From the NCBI RefSeq assembly GCF_964204865.1, contig NC_135253.1:18662001-18726000 (forward strand): a stretch of DNA of 64,000 bases, given 5' to 3'. This DNA is from Styela clava. Its lineage: Eukaryota. Positions within the stretch are counted from its first letter, which is position 1. The number at the start of each line of letters is the position of its first letter. Shown here piece by piece: positions 62,101 to 64,000 of this stretch. The translations under genes and the position numbers were made by a program. The notes beneath the pieces were generated by a model. The model was not told the origin of the DNA. It worked only from the letters and a program-made list of their open reading frames with translations, and ran no database searches.

Positions 62101-63467
62101 TTAAGGCAAGCATATCTCAGGTTGCACCATTACTGCTGTAATCATCATTATTAGCTGATAATCAAAAGAAATATACGGTGAGTTTTTAAAGATCTTACGC
62201 TTCTTTTTTCTTTCCTCCCCCAAGTTGTCGTTGAATGAAAGCTTCTCGGTTTTTCGAAACCTCGTCAGACTCTGTGGATCCAACTATTTTACCTCCTCTG
62301 GCTTTTGGAGATGCTTTTGGACTCGCTACGATAAAATAAATAGGTTGAAAATGCAATACTTTGGGTGAATTGAATAAGAATGTAAAAATAAACTTATAAA
62401 TAATGAATTTAAGCCGCTTGTTTCATAGTTTCAAACACCAGGATAATAGTGATTCATGTGAAAACCTACATCATGTCTGATGATAGAACGATTTGTATAA
62501 TCAGAAAAAAATCAAATACAAATTGAGCAGTTTTAACAAAAAATATTAATTGTTTTACAAATTTTTGCTGATACTAGAGATTATTAATGCTAGAAATACT
62601 GTATATAGGCTAAATAATAAATATATGGGACATAAAATATCTCATTGGGTCTCTTACAGCATTTCACCTTCTCACCACTAAGGAAACAACATCCTCTGAG
62701 ATTGCTACTTGTGAATGGAAAATGCTTTTGGTGTCCAAAAAGTTTCGCCCGATCATAAAGTCTTCAAAACCAAATGATAATTTATTTTTTAATTGTGAAA
62801 AGATTTATAGTCAACCTGTATTGAATTGGATGTTATAGATGTTGGATGTTGTACTTATCAACTATCATACAATAAAATTTATTTGAATTTACATTTGTTT
62901 TTGCCATAAAATCGGGCGAAACTTTTTGGACGCCCTGTATAATCAAGATATAGGATCATAGTCTAATATATTTATCCACATTTCCCAATCGGGAAAGAAT
63001 CTCTCCAGGGAGGAATTTCGGCGTTCCTGGGGAATACTAAAATGATTTAGTTCTTTATTATTACTATAATACCTATTTTTTCATACACTATAAACTGGAC
63101 TGTACAAAAACAGGAAGTGTGATTTGTGCATAACACCAGCTAAGAATCAATTAAAGATTGAATAAATTGGTACTTTTTATGCTCAGTGAGAGAGGAATTT
63201 CAGGAAAGGGGTTGGGATCCTATATGAATGGATGATAGAACTCAAGAATGATACTTCACAATTTGGAATTAGTTTAAAATCGTCGACATTGAGGGTAAAA
63301 ATCGATTAACAATCCAACCTTTAGCAACAACTGGAGCAACAACTTCATTTTCAACTTTTTTATCTTTTTCTTTCTTGTCCATTTTCAATGATTTGACAGT
63401 TTTCTTAGATTTTTCAGATTCATGGAAATCCTTCATTTTAGTTTGCACTTTAATTGCTTCAGCAGCC
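56185..63467 (-). CDS. SRPRA: Signal recognition particle receptor subunit alpha (5' exons outside window)
   Basis: Exons 63467-63319, 62325-62199, 61735-61576, 61138-61038, 60716-60520, 59932-59760, 59007-58794, 58179-58054, 57276-57140, 56310-56185. SRP-GTPase motifs [59 protein letters not shown]. Confidence 0.96.
57607..57886 (-). mobile_element. Helentron/HINE (DINE-1-like) non-autonomous element
   Basis: Subterminal inverted repeat CTTACCGATC/GATCGATAAG, an ACAG-type microsatellite, hairpin TTCGGTT..AACCGAA next to a terminal CTAG. Confidence 0.65.
59090..59304. mobile_element. Merlin-like MITE, copy 4
   Basis: GGCGCTCCAGAAGTATGTGTA / TACACATACTATGAGAGTACC; TSD ATTAATTC. Confidence 0.9.
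61770..61900 (-). repeat. Dispersed intronic repeat with GGAGAAAGGACT core, copy 3
   Basis: Reverse complement reads gattatgcttttcttatttatctttataatgctatc...catccttgtg...agtaaacaaggagaaaggactt. Confidence 0.7.
62730..62937. mobile_element. Tc1/mariner-like MITE (sister of 34807-35018)
   Basis: GGTGTCCAAAAAGTTTCGCCCGAT / ATCGGGCGAAACTTTTTGGACGCCCTG-TA; internal sequence shared with 34807-35018. Confidence 0.85.
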
Positions 63468-63622
63468 CTGATGAAATATCATTATTTAACGTCATTTATA
63501 ACTCGACTAAAACTAGCAATAAGACAAGCATGGACAGATATATGAATATATGTACACAACGAGAGGGCCATATTCATTTTAAAAAGTTGTCCCCTATCTC
63601 AGGCATGCCAAAGCAGTTAGAC

Positions 63623-63904
63623 CAGACATGGGTAAAGTACAGCCCGTGGTCCAAACCCAGCCCGTTACGTAATTCAATCTGGCCCGCCTAAAGCTGCCAC
63701 AACCAAACTGAAATCAAATTTTAATGTTTTAGCTAAAAATAGCTCAAGGAATTTGTTGAGATTGCGGTTAAATTTAGTTTTCGCATGAGGCATATTGTTT
63801 TCCACCTTTGCTTTGTAACACTGTAAATATTGTTCATAAAATGTAACTTTTTACGTCACACTTACATGACCCACCAGCCCCTGGTTAAAAACCTTACCCG
63901 CCTG
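63623..63904. mobile_element. hAT (Charlie-like) MITE
   Basis: CAGACATGGGTAA / TTACCCGCCTG termini; perfect TSD AGTTAGAC. Confidence 0.8.
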
Positions 63905-64000
63905 AGTTAGACTCAACTCTGCTGACATCACAGGTTAAAAATCTTGGGATTGAACCCTGTGCCCACTGTCTTACACAGTATGTAATAAATTGATAGGCAA

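Overview
AT-rich animal genomic DNA with GT-AG introns and the standard code. Gene packing, unpaired splice acceptors and the lectin type suggest an ascidian/tunicate, but this is inference. The ORF track mostly shows exon fragments, so I assembled gene models by hand from splice sites and phases. Genes from left to right: the 3' end of a peroxisomal hydroxyacid oxidase (+, ends SKL); a CDIPT/PI-synthase-like gene (-) with a frameshifting deletion of the catalytic aspartates in exon 3; Chibby (+); a complex ENKD1 locus (+) with an extra short product at its 5' end and a 1.3-kb Tyr/Gln-rich exon nested in its last intron; intronless USP40 (+); glucose-6-phosphatase (+); a tightly packed KGD4/MRPS36-ALKBH1-SRP14 cluster (-) that looks like an SL trans-spliced operon; a secreted non-canonical C-type lectin gene with a 16-nt microexon (-); and the 3' part of SRPRA (-). 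Introns and spacers hold many non-autonomous elements: hAT-, Merlin- and Tc1-like MITEs with readable TSDs, a Helentron-like element, a SINE-like family and one self-nested insertion. I recognised no tRNA, rRNA or CRISPR array.
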